Positions 1 to 13,114 of a stretch of 64,000 bases of DNA are shown here, piece after piece. The notes beneath the pieces are model-generated. The model ran no database searches. It worked only from the letters and a program-made list of their open reading frames with translations, and was not told the origin of the DNA. Source of the stretch: Balanoglossus misakiensis (taxonomy: Eukaryota; Animalia; Hemichordata); the NCBI GenBank assembly GCA_040954595.2, contig CM082594.2, forward strand, positions 11,350,276 to 11,414,275, written 5' to 3'. A program made the position numbers and the translations under genes. Each line of letters starts with the position of its first letter. The stretch's first letter is position 1.

Positions 1-285
1 GAACGTCTTCCTGACCTCAAGCCACACGTCAGAGAGAGGGTTGGCCGCTGGATACCGTATCCACCGGCCGAAGAATGGACAGATGCCGAAGTGGAGGGCG
101 TGGTGAGGTACGCTGTTAGTCACATGATGGACAACCCAAAAGTGGTGGAGATACTGAACCAGTGTTATGCAGATTTCACCGTCAGATCCCAAGCCTACAT
201 CAACTCTTGCAATGCTGCTGCAGCAGGGTCCGGAAAGAGGAAGAAAAATTGGTTGGATATGGTGGATAGCTCACAAATTGTATAA
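1..285 (+). CDS. 3' end of an unidentified protein-coding gene (last coding exon, truncated by the window start)
   Basis: Frame 1 is open from base 1 to TAA at 283-285 (ERLPDLKPHVRERVGRWIPYPPAEEWTDAEVEGVVRYAVSHMMDNPKVVEILNQCYADFTVRSQAYINSCNAAAAGSGKRKKNWLDMVDSSQIV*) and is more GC-rich than the flanks. A donor-like G|GTATGG follows the stop, and a pyrimidine-rich acceptor (tttttcag) lies at ~513. Family not recognised. Confidence 0.55.
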   Translation, partial: ERLPDLKPHVRERVGRWIPYPPAEEWTDAEVEGVVRYAVSHMMDNPKVVEILNQCYADFTVRSQAYINSCNAAAAGSGKRKKNWLDMVDSSQIV

Positions 286-3200
286 GGTATGGAGGTATGC
301 TGTTTCAACTGATTTTTGTTGTTGTGGTGGTGGTTTAAGTCAGATAGAAAATCGCCATCCATGTGTGACAATCTCGCACTTGGGCGGTGGGATAGTGTAT
401 GCAACTTGGCATAGCCTATAGCCATCAAAGGGATGAAGGCCTATCTTGCCATTTTCCTTATTTTCATGTCTCAGTGTTAAAGTACTCTATAAAATGTTTT
501 CTTGTATTTTCAGGTCCAAAACGAGTTGGCCCACGTGACGTACCCGACGCCTGAGAATGAAACAATTTGCCGAAATGTAAATGACCCCGACCCCGGGTGA
601 AAGGTCAGCAGTCATGCTCAGAATGGCATACATGAAAACTTAATTATTTATGAGGAATTCTTTACGTTATGTTTCTCCTGAGGAAGCTTATAATAAAAAG
701 TGATGGCGTCATTTTTACCAGAAATAATCCGTTTAGTGTCTGTCTCACACTCAAGCATATATGCAAGATATTTTTCATTTTGTATTTTAAACAAGGTGAT
801 AATCCTCTTTTCAATCTCAATCCAGAGTATTGCTTCAGAAAAGTCGAGGTGTCGAAACCTTTCCACCTGTCAAGTCAGTGAATATGCCTGCTGGTATGCT
901 GTATGTTGGAACTCGAGTCTGTCTTCCCCTAGGCAACATCCCACAACGTCTGGTCAGTCTCACTATTTTCTTGTATACTCAGAACGTGTGTGTAGTTAAT
1001 TACAAAAGTATGTCTTTCGCGAATGAATTTATGTCTGGCGTTGACGACGTGTAGCATGAGTTCAGGACGATCAGACTAATCACATTCCCAGTTTTACTTT
1101 GATATCAACACCTGTTAGTTGTCTGGTTCTCCCTGAACAGTGGGACCAATGCCAACGGTGCGTTTGTATACAAAAAGTCGCACATGCGTAGTTCAAACGA
1201 CCACCTCCCTTTAATCATCAACAAATCTCAATTTTCACAAGTTCTATGGTTTTCGCTCACGTCTACGTTCCACAGGCTTGTTCTACATTTTAGTCCCTGA
1301 ACACGAAGTTTCTACTCTGAGTTAAAGTGATGTCTCACTGACTGCCCTTCGTTTTTACACACATCATAGGGCCTACTAGAATCTCGGCCTTGACTGTGTT
1401 AAAAACGATTTAACATATGTACCTCGTTCTTGTAAATAGCCAGCGTCAGGTTTATAGAGCTCTTTCTTTCACAGCATGGATGTTATCCCACGCTTGAAAT
1501 AGGGCATTTAGCGAATGTCAAGGCAACGCTTTAAAGCGATAAAGATTCACATGCATTGTTGTCAGTGCCAGTGATTGTGACTAACTGCCGTGGAAATAGA
1601 CACAACTATTATGCGTAACAATGAGAGGGTTGGTGATAGTTAAATTGTACGCTTATTCGTTCGTTTCCAACACATTGGCAGTGATTGTCCACTTATACGC
1701 CCGGTAATATAGCATATGTGATTATTTGACCAACGCAGGAGGGCGGGGACCTCCTGTTGCCAAGCCCTATGTGCATGTGCTATACTTATTGCCACCCGAG
1801 TAAATTTAAACTCTATGTCTACTTCTGACTGTATGCCCTTCTGTCATGAACTTCTGTTTCTCCTGGTATGCCGCCCTCAGTGGTGGCTTATTGCTAATGA
1901 TCAGGCCACTCATTAGTGTTACTACCCATAGACCAAGTTGTCATTGATAATCCGAAGTAATAATACACGTAATAGCAAGTATGAAGCTGTCGAGCCTCTT
2001 GGATATCAATATATCAATCAGTACCGAAACAAGTTAAAGGCATTTGTTAGTGGTCGCGATAGCTTGCACGTCGCAAGCTTTCTTTCCAAAAGGCGAAAAA
2101 AGTTAATCGTTTGTGGCGCTGTTTCATAAAGGCCCCCTTTGCAACAAGTTTAACATGTTTCTAGTACTTTTGGCAGAAGATGATACATAAGTTACCCCAT
2201 CACACTAAATCACATAGAATCAAACTGCATCAACACAACACATCAAAAACACTGCCAGCCAAAATATAATAAGCTATATTTAAGTATGACGTCAAACCTG
2301 GTCCATCGCTTAAGGTAGGCAGTTGACAGTGCCACTTTGGTGAAACGATAACAATATACGCAAGAAAAAAAACAGCAGTCTTCATTGTTTATTTTTGTAA
2401 TGTTTGGAAGTAGTATAACTGACCATGAATACATACGCTCATGGTCACTTTTATATACATTGTAACTAGTATATCGCCCACGTTTTTCACAATGTGTTTT
2501 GATGTATTGCGTTTCCATTGCCAAAGCGTGGGCATGGTTTTCGTCAAACTCGGGGGTTGGCTGTGGCTATATCACGGCCTCCTACGTGCAAATGGTGACA
2601 TAGTTCAGAGCTTGGAGAGATTTTGGTCGATATCATTTGTGCAGATTATCGCCTTCGAATGTGCCTTGGTTAAATGTCCTGTCTGTTCGGAACGCGACAA
2701 CTGTCACGTGTACCACATTTTAAAAACACGGCGTCCACGTTTATATAATTACAACTATCTCTTCATCATCACTATGTCTATTTTCCCGGATTATAAATAT
2801 TCCCACTTAAATTTTGAGAGATTGGATCCGAGTGTACTATCAGAGAATAAATTGCGGGCTCAGAAGTTCCGATAAAGGGTTTTATTTTTTCTCTAAATCT
2901 CATAAAATCTAAATTATACTAACTTGAGATATCTCACCAGTCTTCCCCAAAGAAATAGGAGTCAATAAATCTTTGATTTCAACTCGGAATCCGCAACGAG
3001 CGATAGAGGGGTCGCTCCGACCATTTGGGTATTGTGGCTGCGCATTGGACGATCGAGGTTATATGTAACTGTTCTGTCGATGGCTGGTTCCGGCTCTATT
3101 GATGTCTGACAAGCTGTCCTTTTGACACAAGGAAACTGGCAATTAATTAGCTGCTTCTAATTGCATTTCCTCGCGCCTTGCGCACCTAAATCATTACTGG

Positions 3201-4861
3201 AACAAGAGTGTACATTTAGGCGTCTGTCCAATATGATGAAGTGGCCCTTGAATTCCGTTGAAGTTGTTCTGGAGAATCAGTCAATATGTCGCGAACGTTA
3301 AACGGTGCAGAGTCGACACTGCACTTTGTGTATCAGCTAATTTGTGTCCTAACTATATATATTTATAATCATCATCAAGTAGGCAGCCAATTTGACATGT
3401 TTGACTCCATTTACCATCATACAATAGTCGAGTCAGTTCCTAATGTCACTTCAAAGAGTAAATTTTTCAAAGCGAACTAAAGAGCACGGAAAATATATTT
3501 TTGTGTTAAATCGATAATATATTGTCCCAAACAGAACTCCTAGTTCTTTTTCATGTAAAAGCGCAAGCAAGTTATATTCAGAGATCTCGGTTTTATTACG
3601 CAGAAAAATAATTCCCAGCGAATGCGAATGATGTATTATCTATTGCCCACATGAGTGCATCACGGCGATTGGATGTGCACGAAAGTAATAACATTGATCG
3701 GACTTCCGGTCGCACTTCACGTAATAACTTAGACCTAGGTGGAAGGTTTTTCATCAATTGGGAGGTTAGCTGAGTGTTAGGAAAATTCGCTAGAGGTGTA
3801 TATTTTATTTAAGGAGCTTACTGCATTGGTAAGGAAAGTGTAACATGTCTTAGATATATCTTTGGAAAGAGTTTGTTTTACTGAACCCAGTGTATCTTCA
3901 CGAGAATGTTTGTTTATAGAGGGATATAAAGTGTAAATGTGACGTCTCACATCTTTGCATATAACACGGATATGGAGAGTGTTTCTCCGTTAGTTCTAGT
4001 CTACACAGCAAGATTGCTACAGACAGAATACTGTATACATGTATGCAACAGGCCCTGACCAGTCACTGTGGCTGTATCTGTGGAAAAAAAATCTTTTCTG
4101 TGGTATGTGCATTTGGTCAGACGACCGAACTTTTGTCAGTCATTCAATGAAAACTATTGCTGGTGTGACCAATCAGATTTGTATTTCTCCGTCACGTGAT
4201 TTAGACATTATATTCCAGGTTTGTTCTATTGGCTATAGGCCTAACAAAAAATTACAAAAGGAGATTTTGAACAGTTTATATTCTTTATTAAAATCAGGAG
4301 CAGTGTGGTGTGTTATATCGCGAGGAAAAACACGCTTACATATCACATTTGTACACTAACAAAAATGACGAAATGCAGAATAAAACAAGGAGTATTCTTT
4401 GTAGATGAACTCAAGTTGAATATACCCGTTATTGTCAAAACAGGTAGTTTTCAGTCGTGTTGTGTTTACTTATGATAAGTTAATATCCAACATGGAATGG
4501 AGTACACAAAATGAATGATAAAATTGACAGCAAATCTACTTGTAACAAACATTGCCATGCTTCTCTATATCTACCAAATTCAAATACAGGAAAAACCATC
4601 TGCCAATAGATGATTTTCCTCTCATTGCGAGATCTCGCGAGACTTGGTCAATTACCATAGATACTGGCTGCCAGCCAAGCAACAGAAATCAGGATTTATA
4701 TGAAATTAGAATAGGTACAGAGTTGAACAAAAATTGCAACGTGACGTTTAACACGATGGGCCATGTTTTGTTTGTACTGTGTCACATGACAATGTCCTCC
4801 CTTATAAAGTGCTCAGGCACGCGAGATCTCGCAGGTCTCGTGGTGTTCAGAAAATGGTCTA

Positions 4862-6296
4862 TTATGAGACGAGCTGAGACCTGCGAAGGACCTTCGACAG
4901 AAGTGGGAAGCGTTGGTTCTCTCCGATAATTCCGGCACGTCTGTCCAAAATAGCAAATAACTTCGACGTGAATTCTCTCATAGGCCTGGATCGTCGCAAC
5001 ACAGATGTCCCTTGTGAACTGTAAGAAATCTGACTTCGTTTGCCGTAACGCCACGATGGGTTGATTTTCGTTTGCAAAATGTGTTCTGCCGCGGCTTTAT
5101 CTGACAAGAAAAAAATATAGAATATATGTTTGTTTTTAAAAAGTTTTATGTTTGGATCGCGCTGGTTGAACTCTCAGCGATGACTATGCTCATTTTGCAT
5201 AATTTCAAGAATGTCCCCTTTCCTAGACATTTCAACATAAAGACACCTTTGGGAGAAATATGTGAGAAATTTAGACCAAAGTCACCCTCCAAGTTACACA
5301 GTCCAGAAGAGGGAGAAAAAAAGATCAAAATACAATTACAACCAATTCAGATTCCGCCAGCGAGCTCCCCCAGATGTGTCGTCAACTTTTTATGCAACAG
5401 AAATCACGATCTGTATATTCGTAAAATTGATATCGTTAACTTTACAACCGACAGGTTCTTATTATAAGAAAATGATATATTAAAATGTAATATGTATGAT
5501 TAATAGCCCCATCAAATTAATGATAATGCGTGATTGGAAATATGTTTTCGTGCACGTGTTATTAAATGAAGATCAGTGCTGTTGATTCATGCCGTAAAGT
5601 GCATTTTTTTTTGCTACAGTCACAGTGAGACGTTTTTGAGGTGTGGTGAGTATTGCATAAATATATTCGAACAAAATCGTCGTCGTACAATTTGTGGTTC
5701 ATCATCACAACAGACAATAGACGGATACTCCAAACTCACTCTTAAGTTTAAATCGCTGAGTCCAATCGAGATTTTGAGAATGCAGATCAATTGTAACCCT
5801 GGACAACTCACCCCCTCCACCCCCGCTACGCTCGTAACGACAATAGACCACACTGATGCTTCAGTTTTGAAAACAGCCCAGTTGCTCTATTCAGCAATGA
5901 CAGCACTGTAGCATAATTGTAGTATTAGTTCTCATTCTCCTCATTGTGTAAATCTTACGTATTTGAGTAAATCATCCAAGGTATTTTGTATCATTTATTC
6001 TCCACCCCACCCCTCTCCAAAACAGGTGTCGTTTATGTTGAAAAGCGCCGGGAAATGGAATCATGAAATGTTTTGTCTGAAGCGGACTGAAATCAATCTT
6101 TCAAAGAAATTCTTTGCTCTTTTGCGTAACGGCAATTGCCATAAGAATTCTGTCACGGTTCAGTGCTTATTGGAAACTTAGTTTAGAAGTAAAACTTACC
6201 TTGAGCACTTGGGGAACTTATTCTTTTTGAGCCTGCCAGAGCATGAGGCAATATCATTACTATAAGTATCATCACTACCATCAGTTTTAGATCCAT
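4862..6296 (-). CDS. Neuropeptide precursor, PrRP/sNPF-like RYamide (coding exons 6296-6200 and 5100-4862)
   Basis: Exon A encodes MDLKLMVVMILIVMILPHALA-GSKR-ISSPSAQ and ends in a phase-1 G|GTAAGT donor. Exon B follows tttttttcttgtcAG and continues in frame: D-KAAAEHILQTKINPSWRY-GKR-SQISYSSQGTSVLRRSRPMREF...SQLVS*. This gives a signal peptide, a KR site and a Gly-Lys-Arg amidation site. An upstream exon ends at 6435 (AG|GTATGT); its ATG at 6456 is in frame and could add 17 aa. Confidence 0.85.
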
Positions 6297-6600
6297 TTTC
6301 AGCGTTGATGTCCGACAGGTATTTCCTAAAAGTGACAAAAATAGGAACGAACGTAAGTTCCGAAGATAGACGCGTGCAAAATACATTCTAACCTGTTGCA
6401 TAGAGTGGTAAAAAATGAGTTGCATCTTACATACCTGTTAAAATTTGTGGCACCATTTGGAGAGGAAAGTCAAAATATTGCGCTTCGATTTTGCAAAGAA
6501 AAATGCAAAAACTTGACCGGCTGAGTCGAGCAGGGATTTTCAAGGGTTCGGTTGAAAGAAGATGGCTGAAGGCCTTGTGAAGATCGTTTGACAAGCGACT

Positions 6601-6608
6601 CTTATAAA
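6601..6608 (-). promoter_or_regulatory. Candidate TATA element of the RYamide precursor gene
   Basis: Minus-strand TTTATAAG lies about 165 bp upstream of the first donor (6435), and an Inr-like CTTCAGCC lies about 30 bp downstream of it. Confidence 0.35.
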
Positions 6609-9600
6609 GCAAAGCGGGAAACCCGTGGTGGCGCCGGCAACAAACTACCCTTCCCATCACCCATTGCACCATGCGTCATCCCTAGGACAAATTGTTCAGT
6701 ATGATGTCGTCATATGGTTTCATTCTAGTAACAGGTCTCGTTTGGATCCCAGCGTTGCCGGGAAACGCACTGAAAGATTCCTATATTTGTATCAGCTACC
6801 GGGCGGCTGTCACGACGAGAGTTATTCGTAATCGCAGCAAACAAACACGCCATCACCCGATGAAGAAGCAACCATGGTATTTGGCCAAGCACTGCAATAA
6901 TCTCTGTGTGACCAGTCACGTACAATGATTTAGTTAACCTAAAAGTATGCTAAAAATCCTGCAATCGTGTCACTGATGTAGAAAGGACATCAAACTGTTG
7001 GTAAATAATCTAAACTTGGGGACTATATCGTTTATAAACAGAATTGTAAGTTTATCTTATTCACTGTGACCCTGCATTCATTTGCTATGCCCGTTATGTC
7101 TCAACGTCCTTTTGTGAGTAGTTCAAAAATATATAATTTTCACTAATAATGATAGTCTGGTTTAAATGTGAACCTGCATTCTTGTAACTTATAATGAGGA
7201 AGCCAACAAATGCTGAAGCACTGCTAGTAATTGTAAAGTTTGCACGACCGACACAAACTTGAGATATAAAGAGTTACAAGAGAGATTTAATTTTCTCGGG
7301 AGGTGGGGGGGGGGGGTAACGGCATCAGAAAATATGTGCAACAATTAGAACAATAACAGCAATCTGATTAAGTGTTCTGGCTGTGTATAGTAGTGGGCAA
7401 ATTCGGATGTAAAAACATGGATTGGGGACAATGCAGACATGATGGATATAAAACAGAAAAAGATAATATAGTCAAACTCTAGTGACTGGCAATATTTGTT
7501 GTTAAAAAATAAAATAAGTTAAGCGGTTTCTTTGAACCAGAAAAACAATGTTTGAGGGTTGAAAACCGCTGTAACTGAAAGGGCAGAATAGAAACAACAC
7601 ATATTCTATGTGTTTTTGTTTTTAAATTACATTGGTGTACAACAAATTTAAAATCAGGAAAATGAAGATATTATTTGTAATTTAGAGTGGTACCCCCCCC
7701 CCCCCCTCCCACACACACACACCCCATCTTTAGACACTTGCCAGCTACGTATAGTTTGGTTTGAGCAGTATGTGCCTGCCTGCAAATTCGACCGATTTCA
7801 ATTCTTTGCCGGGCGCTCCAGCCAATCATGATGGTTCTAAGATATTCCTCTCGACAATCACTTCCGACTTGTAAATTGGAATTGATTGATTTCACAGGGT
7901 GCCATGCGCCTGTTAGCCAGCCATCCACGTACCACGCTGCCGGAGCAATTCGTTTGACCGGTATAAGGCACGTAAGCCATAGGTTATCGTTCATGCATAC
8001 TAACTCGGGGTTATGACACCGGTGTATGAAACAGTGGTGATCACTATTTTAAAGATATAATTTCGAATGAAACTGGTCTATGTTGTTCGACTGTTTAGTT
8101 TAAATATGAACCAGACAGATACACAGAAAAACTGTTAAGCACATGTCATTATATATCGACCCAGTTTGGTTGAGGAAACACATTCATTTATGCGTGGATA
8201 ATGTCTGAATATTCTAAGATATAGTGTAAGCGAGCCTTGATTACTAATGTGGATTTTGTGTGTACGTTTGCCATTGCTGTAAAACGTGAAGAAACATCTC
8301 TCAAATGGATTCGTTACATGACAATGAGTTATCACACAAGAAATCTACTTGTTGATAATTTCTCTGCCTTTCGGATGTTTTACTTGTCAGTATTTAAAAC
8401 TCTGCAGCATATAAGCTAGTCAAAACCATAAGTGGTATAAAAAGTTTACAACTTCAATCTCGAAATCTGTGATATTCGAATGTCATTTAGATTAAAGCGA
8501 TATGATTTATAAGGAGGTATTTTTGAACAGTTGCTTTCTTAAAATACGATGACCTATAGACTGTCCATAAAATAACACACAAACAAATATAGAACTGGAC
8601 TAAAGTAAATCGCGACAAACATTCACTCGCCAAAATGCCACGTTGTTCTGAATGTGACTAATAAAAAGAAATGGTTTCATCGCCTTCACAATACTGCTGC
8701 AAATATATAATAGGAGATAGGAATTTAAATCTCAACATGGGAGAAGCATGAAATAATAGTAAGATTTGATGTCGTGGGCGAGCAAAATTCACATAGGTGG
8801 CTTACCTTCTACTCAACGAACCATTAGTTGCACTTTTGGAAACTGTTTTGCGTTTGAAGCAAAAACTATGGCAGCACGCCTACTTGTGGAATGATAATAT
8901 TTACCAGTCCACTAGAAACAGGGTTATAATGACTCAATAAATGGTCCAAACTATTTAGATTTCGTCGTTAAGAGGCCTTTACCATTTGGTCGATTGTATG
9001 AAGTTAAATCAACACAATCAATATCTCATTTACATTGCTTTCTAAAACGTGGTGCCGCTGTTATTTCCAATAAACTCCAATTATTTCACTAAATTCAGCT
9101 GAAACGTTTTCAAATATAGTGTGACGTCATGCGTTGAACCGATGACACCGTTGGAGTGCCGATTTCCGCCGATATATGTAGTGCATTTCCATGTCGTTTG
9201 GTCGGTGTATGTTAAGAACCCTTGACTTTTTGAAGTTGCGTTGTACCTTCATTTGGAATCAAAATTAGGCCATTTTGCTTATTTCAATGGAGCACTCCCA
9301 AGGCTGCGAATCATTTCAGGTAGATTCGACCTCTCAGTTCGACTTTGTGCACGTTTCGAGTCAGTAATGGGAATTGCCGTAGAGCGCTTAAAACATGGCG
9401 CAAACCGTGAGAAGACGACAAAAGGGAAAGTCCAACAAATGTCTCCATAGAATGGAAAACTTCAATAACATAATTCAAAAGAATATTTCCTCACTCAAAG
9501 GTGGTAATTGTATCTGTATTAAGCTGTCATTTTCAGTTTTGAATTCACGTAGATCATTCACCTACGACGACATGATTAAATGACCTATGAAAGAAGGTTC

Positions 9601-11383
9601 CATGAGTAGAAAAAATGATTGCGGGACCCGGTCCATATTTCTTGAACTGTTATAGGAACTTTCCATGATCCGTAATAGACGTGGTATGATACAATCAATC
9701 TCTCCTTCATAGAAATACAAAATTCATGGTAATGAGATTGTTTGGCTTCTATCACCAATGCCACTCACCACAAACACTGTCACCGTAACTTTACTAATAA
9801 GCAGGCCACTATCTTCTTAGGTGGCATTCTGTTTAACCTGAGTGTTTCATCTGAAGGTCATCAGAATAACTCTAGTGGCAAAAGTCACGACTTTAAAGCG
9901 AAGCACGCTCTTATTGTTCATGTGTCAATCAAAGTTCCTGTCAAGTGCAATCTGTCAGGGAGTAAACTGAATAGAATATGGTGATTGCCACGAGGAATTG
10001 AGCAGTGTGCGATATCATGCATAAAAGCAAAGGTTGAAGATGTTACAAATAATATAAACTTACAGTATGTCATGATAATTCGTTCATTTTATGATAGTTC
10101 CAAATAGACGTCAACCCAATAACGATCTCATTCTACATGGTTCTACCATGTATCCCTATATATCGCCCTCGACGGTACATACATGCACTCATGGGGAGAT
10201 AATTGACCTCAATTTCAAAGCAAATAACAAGAAACTACGCAAACGTTCGTCTGTATTTTACATGTATGTGTACATACAGGAGAATTTATTGGGGTTTTGA
10301 AAAGACTAGATACATGTATCCACAAATATTTAGGATTGTTTTTAGAAAATCCTTACCTATCACTTGACGTCCACCATTTGAGTACCACTGTCAATGACAA
10401 GGCGTTATGAGTCAATAGCTACCTATCAGGTTGAAATTCTGTGATCGTATTTTGCTTATTTGCACACATCGTCCGCTCGCACGAGTCGTTGGCTCGACTA
10501 CAGTCTCCCCAGCGAGCAAGACATTGGCAGGGGAATTGTACATCAAAGCCTGAAATACGTCTAGGGTTGGCAGATAAGATTTTAATACATCTCACATTTA
10601 CAACATCTCAAAATGACTGTCGTATTGAGTATTGAGGCACATGGATGGTCCACTGAAAAAAAATCGAAGAGATACTTTTATTGCCAAAATTAATCTAGGC
10701 CTATATAAATGGGGTTTCCAAAGAATGAAAAAAGTGTATACTTTGTACTTCGAAGAAGGAATGAGTTAGAGAAAATAAAGAGAAGTTACAATATCAAAGT
10801 CATATCCATGGCACGCAACACGTGCAGTTACGAAAGAGTCTGTCGTTAATGGCATTGTATGTCGTGTGACTTGATGCGAAGCCGATAATTATTTCAAGGA
10901 TTGTTCTTTAAGGCCTCTGATCGGCGGCCGCTGAAACCTTGGTATGTTCATAACCGTTCTGAAGGTTGCTGTGTACATGTACTAGTTTTCTTCGCAACCT
11001 TTCTATCCCAGCACGAGGCGGGGATGATAAGGACTTGTATAACCATCCACGTGCGCCCTTTTTCGTTTGAACCTACTTTCTGACTTCATGGATAATTTCT
11101 GGTTTTGTCGTTCTTTTGGTAACGTCGTTCACCATGTGAAAGATGATCAAAATTCGTTGATTGTGATTGAGAACGCGAAATAGTGAATTCTTCTGTAGCA
11201 AGCTAAAAGTACATAGAGAAAAGTCAAGCGGACATTGTACACATACTGGGTGGAACTGGTCTTTCTAATGGCAACCACCATACGTAGAGATGACTGGCGG
11301 ACTTCCCTAGTACAAATGTACACGGTGTATAGGCTAGATGATACTACAAGAAATGGCATTCACTATATATCACATGGCAGCGT

Positions 11384-11611
11384 CTAAGTACGGTCAGAAT
11401 TCCCAGAATCTCTTGACGCTCCCTGGTTATGTCTTGGGCTCGGGTAAGCCGGTCCTCGATTTTCTTCCATATACTGCTCCAGGCGCTCTAAAAACTCTGC
11501 CCAGTCGATGTTATCCCAGTCGATGTCTTCACTGCCCTTACATCCGGGAACCGTGTTCATAATCACCACGACTCCGAACGATAAGACCACGAAAAATATA
11601 AATTTGTGCAT
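11384..11611 (-). CDS. Small secreted peptide / putative neuropeptide-like precursor (75 aa)
   Basis: ATG lies 3 nt after a strong acceptor (ttcttgtttcAG). Sequence: MHKFIFFVVLSFGVVVIMNTVPGCKG-SEDIDWDNIDWAEFLERLEQYMEENRGPAYPSPRHNQGASRDSGNSDRT*, i.e. a signal-peptide-like N-terminus then an acidic amphipathic helix. A candidate non-coding first exon ends at 12201 (G|GTATGT), with TATATATAA at ~12302-12310. Confidence 0.6.
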   Translation of the reverse strand: MHKFIFFVVLSFGVVVIMNTVPGCKGSEDIDWDNIDWAEFLERLEQYMEENRGPAYPSPRHNQGASRDSGNSDRT

Positions 11612-12959
11612 TTTCTGAAACAAGAAAAAGAAAGTGGAATGTGGAAACCAAGTTAATTTTTGATTTTTCTGATATCTTACATTATAAATATTACAAGCTT
11701 ACAAACAACACAGGATTATGAAAAGTTCGTGTTTTTCGCCTCGGTTTATGCAAACAAATATTGTATGTAACGCAAAATAACTTTCTCGTTATGGAAACAA
11801 AAAAAGTTCAATTGAATGGTATGCTTTTGAAAAAAGACACAATACGAGAGTATGTCTGTCATGGCATTCCTAATAAGAAGCACAAAAACGCCTGAAATGT
11901 GAAACTGCAGATCTAGATTATATTTACGAATCGTTTCCATGTTTATACGTGAAAAGTTTGTTCACTACAACGTATTGCTGAACGAAGGGCGTTGAAAAAA
12001 TATTTATATAAAACGGAGGCACGACAACACACGATTATTACTTGTGCAGATTCGCTGTTTTGCGTGCCTGTATATACTTCACCAAGAACCATGATGATAA
12101 ACATGAAATCCCACATTCGCAAAATAAAAAAGAGTGCAACTTTCTGGTGTGGGCGAGATAACACTCGATGAGAAAACTGACGATTATCTAAACAACATAC
12201 CGTATCTTGAAGCAAGCGAAAGAGTTGGAGAGCTCTGGCGACCCTTACAGGTGTTTGATGAAAATGAACCCGTCTGAAATCATTGGAGCCGGCAAAGTTT
12301 GTTATATATACACCGAGTGCATTTTGATTTATTGTGAAAGACTCCGTGACACTTGTTCGTTTACTGCGACACGGGAGGTGGTTACCATGGCAATTCCTGA
12401 ATGTGAATACAGGAGCAGTTTTTTTCTGGATTTTCGATAGTTAATATCGACGTAGGAGCCTTATCACGTGAAAGGTCATAGTTTTAATATTTGTTCCATT
12501 TTTTAAACATTAGGTCCGACCTGGATGTACAATTAATAGCAATAATGTTGTCAAAGCACGCGTTGATCAGATATGGATCAAAACTGGGCAGACTTCATAA
12601 AATCCAGTAAATTCTGTGACAACCTCGTCATAGAAGGGGACTACTCCCTGGTTACTCAGAAATACTAATTTGCACAGTTTCAAAGCAAACATTGGAAATT
12701 ACAAGTACATACTCTAGTTCCCTTTGTGAAGTATAATGATATTGACTTAATATCCATTTTGTGAAACTTGCGGCGTCCCCGAGTCCGCTGTAGTAATTTC
12801 CTTTAACGTGATGATGAATAAAAATCACACCAAGAGAACAGTGGTATCACAGCTTGCAAGCTGGACATATTAAAGGTCAATGCCGTTCCCGTTAATTGAC
12901 GTACGATACAGCCTTTAAGGTCGGGAATGACCGAATGATTTCCTTGTTGTTTTTGTCGC

Positions 12960-13114
12960 TGTTGTGTTGTGTTGTGTTGTGTTGTGTTGTGTTGTGTTGT
13001 GTTGTGTTGTGTTGTGTTGTGTTGTGTTGTGTTGTGTTGTGTTGTGTTGTGTTGTGTTGTGTTGTGTTGTGTTGTGTTGTGTTGTGTTGTGTTGTGTTGT
13101 GGTTGTTGTTGTTG
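12960..13114. repeat. (GTTGT)n pentanucleotide microsatellite, ~28 perfect copies, ending in (GTT)4
   Basis: Directly visible at 12961-13100. Confidence 0.98.

Noticed and set aside
5811-5906. Possible extra exon inside the RYamide precursor intron
   Set aside because: It has AG/GT-like borders, but inclusion introduces an in-frame TAG before the peptide; direct 6200-to-5100 splicing gives a coherent precursor.
4862-6296. Calling the RYamide precursor NPY/NPF or luqin
   Set aside because: There is no intron in the RY Arg codon and no NPY-length helix, and the luqin-type C-terminal cysteine pair is absent.
7304-7725. Poly-G, poly-C and (CA)n runs as a structural element
   Set aside because: Short homopolymer and microsatellite runs also occur elsewhere in the window's introns and show no further organisation.
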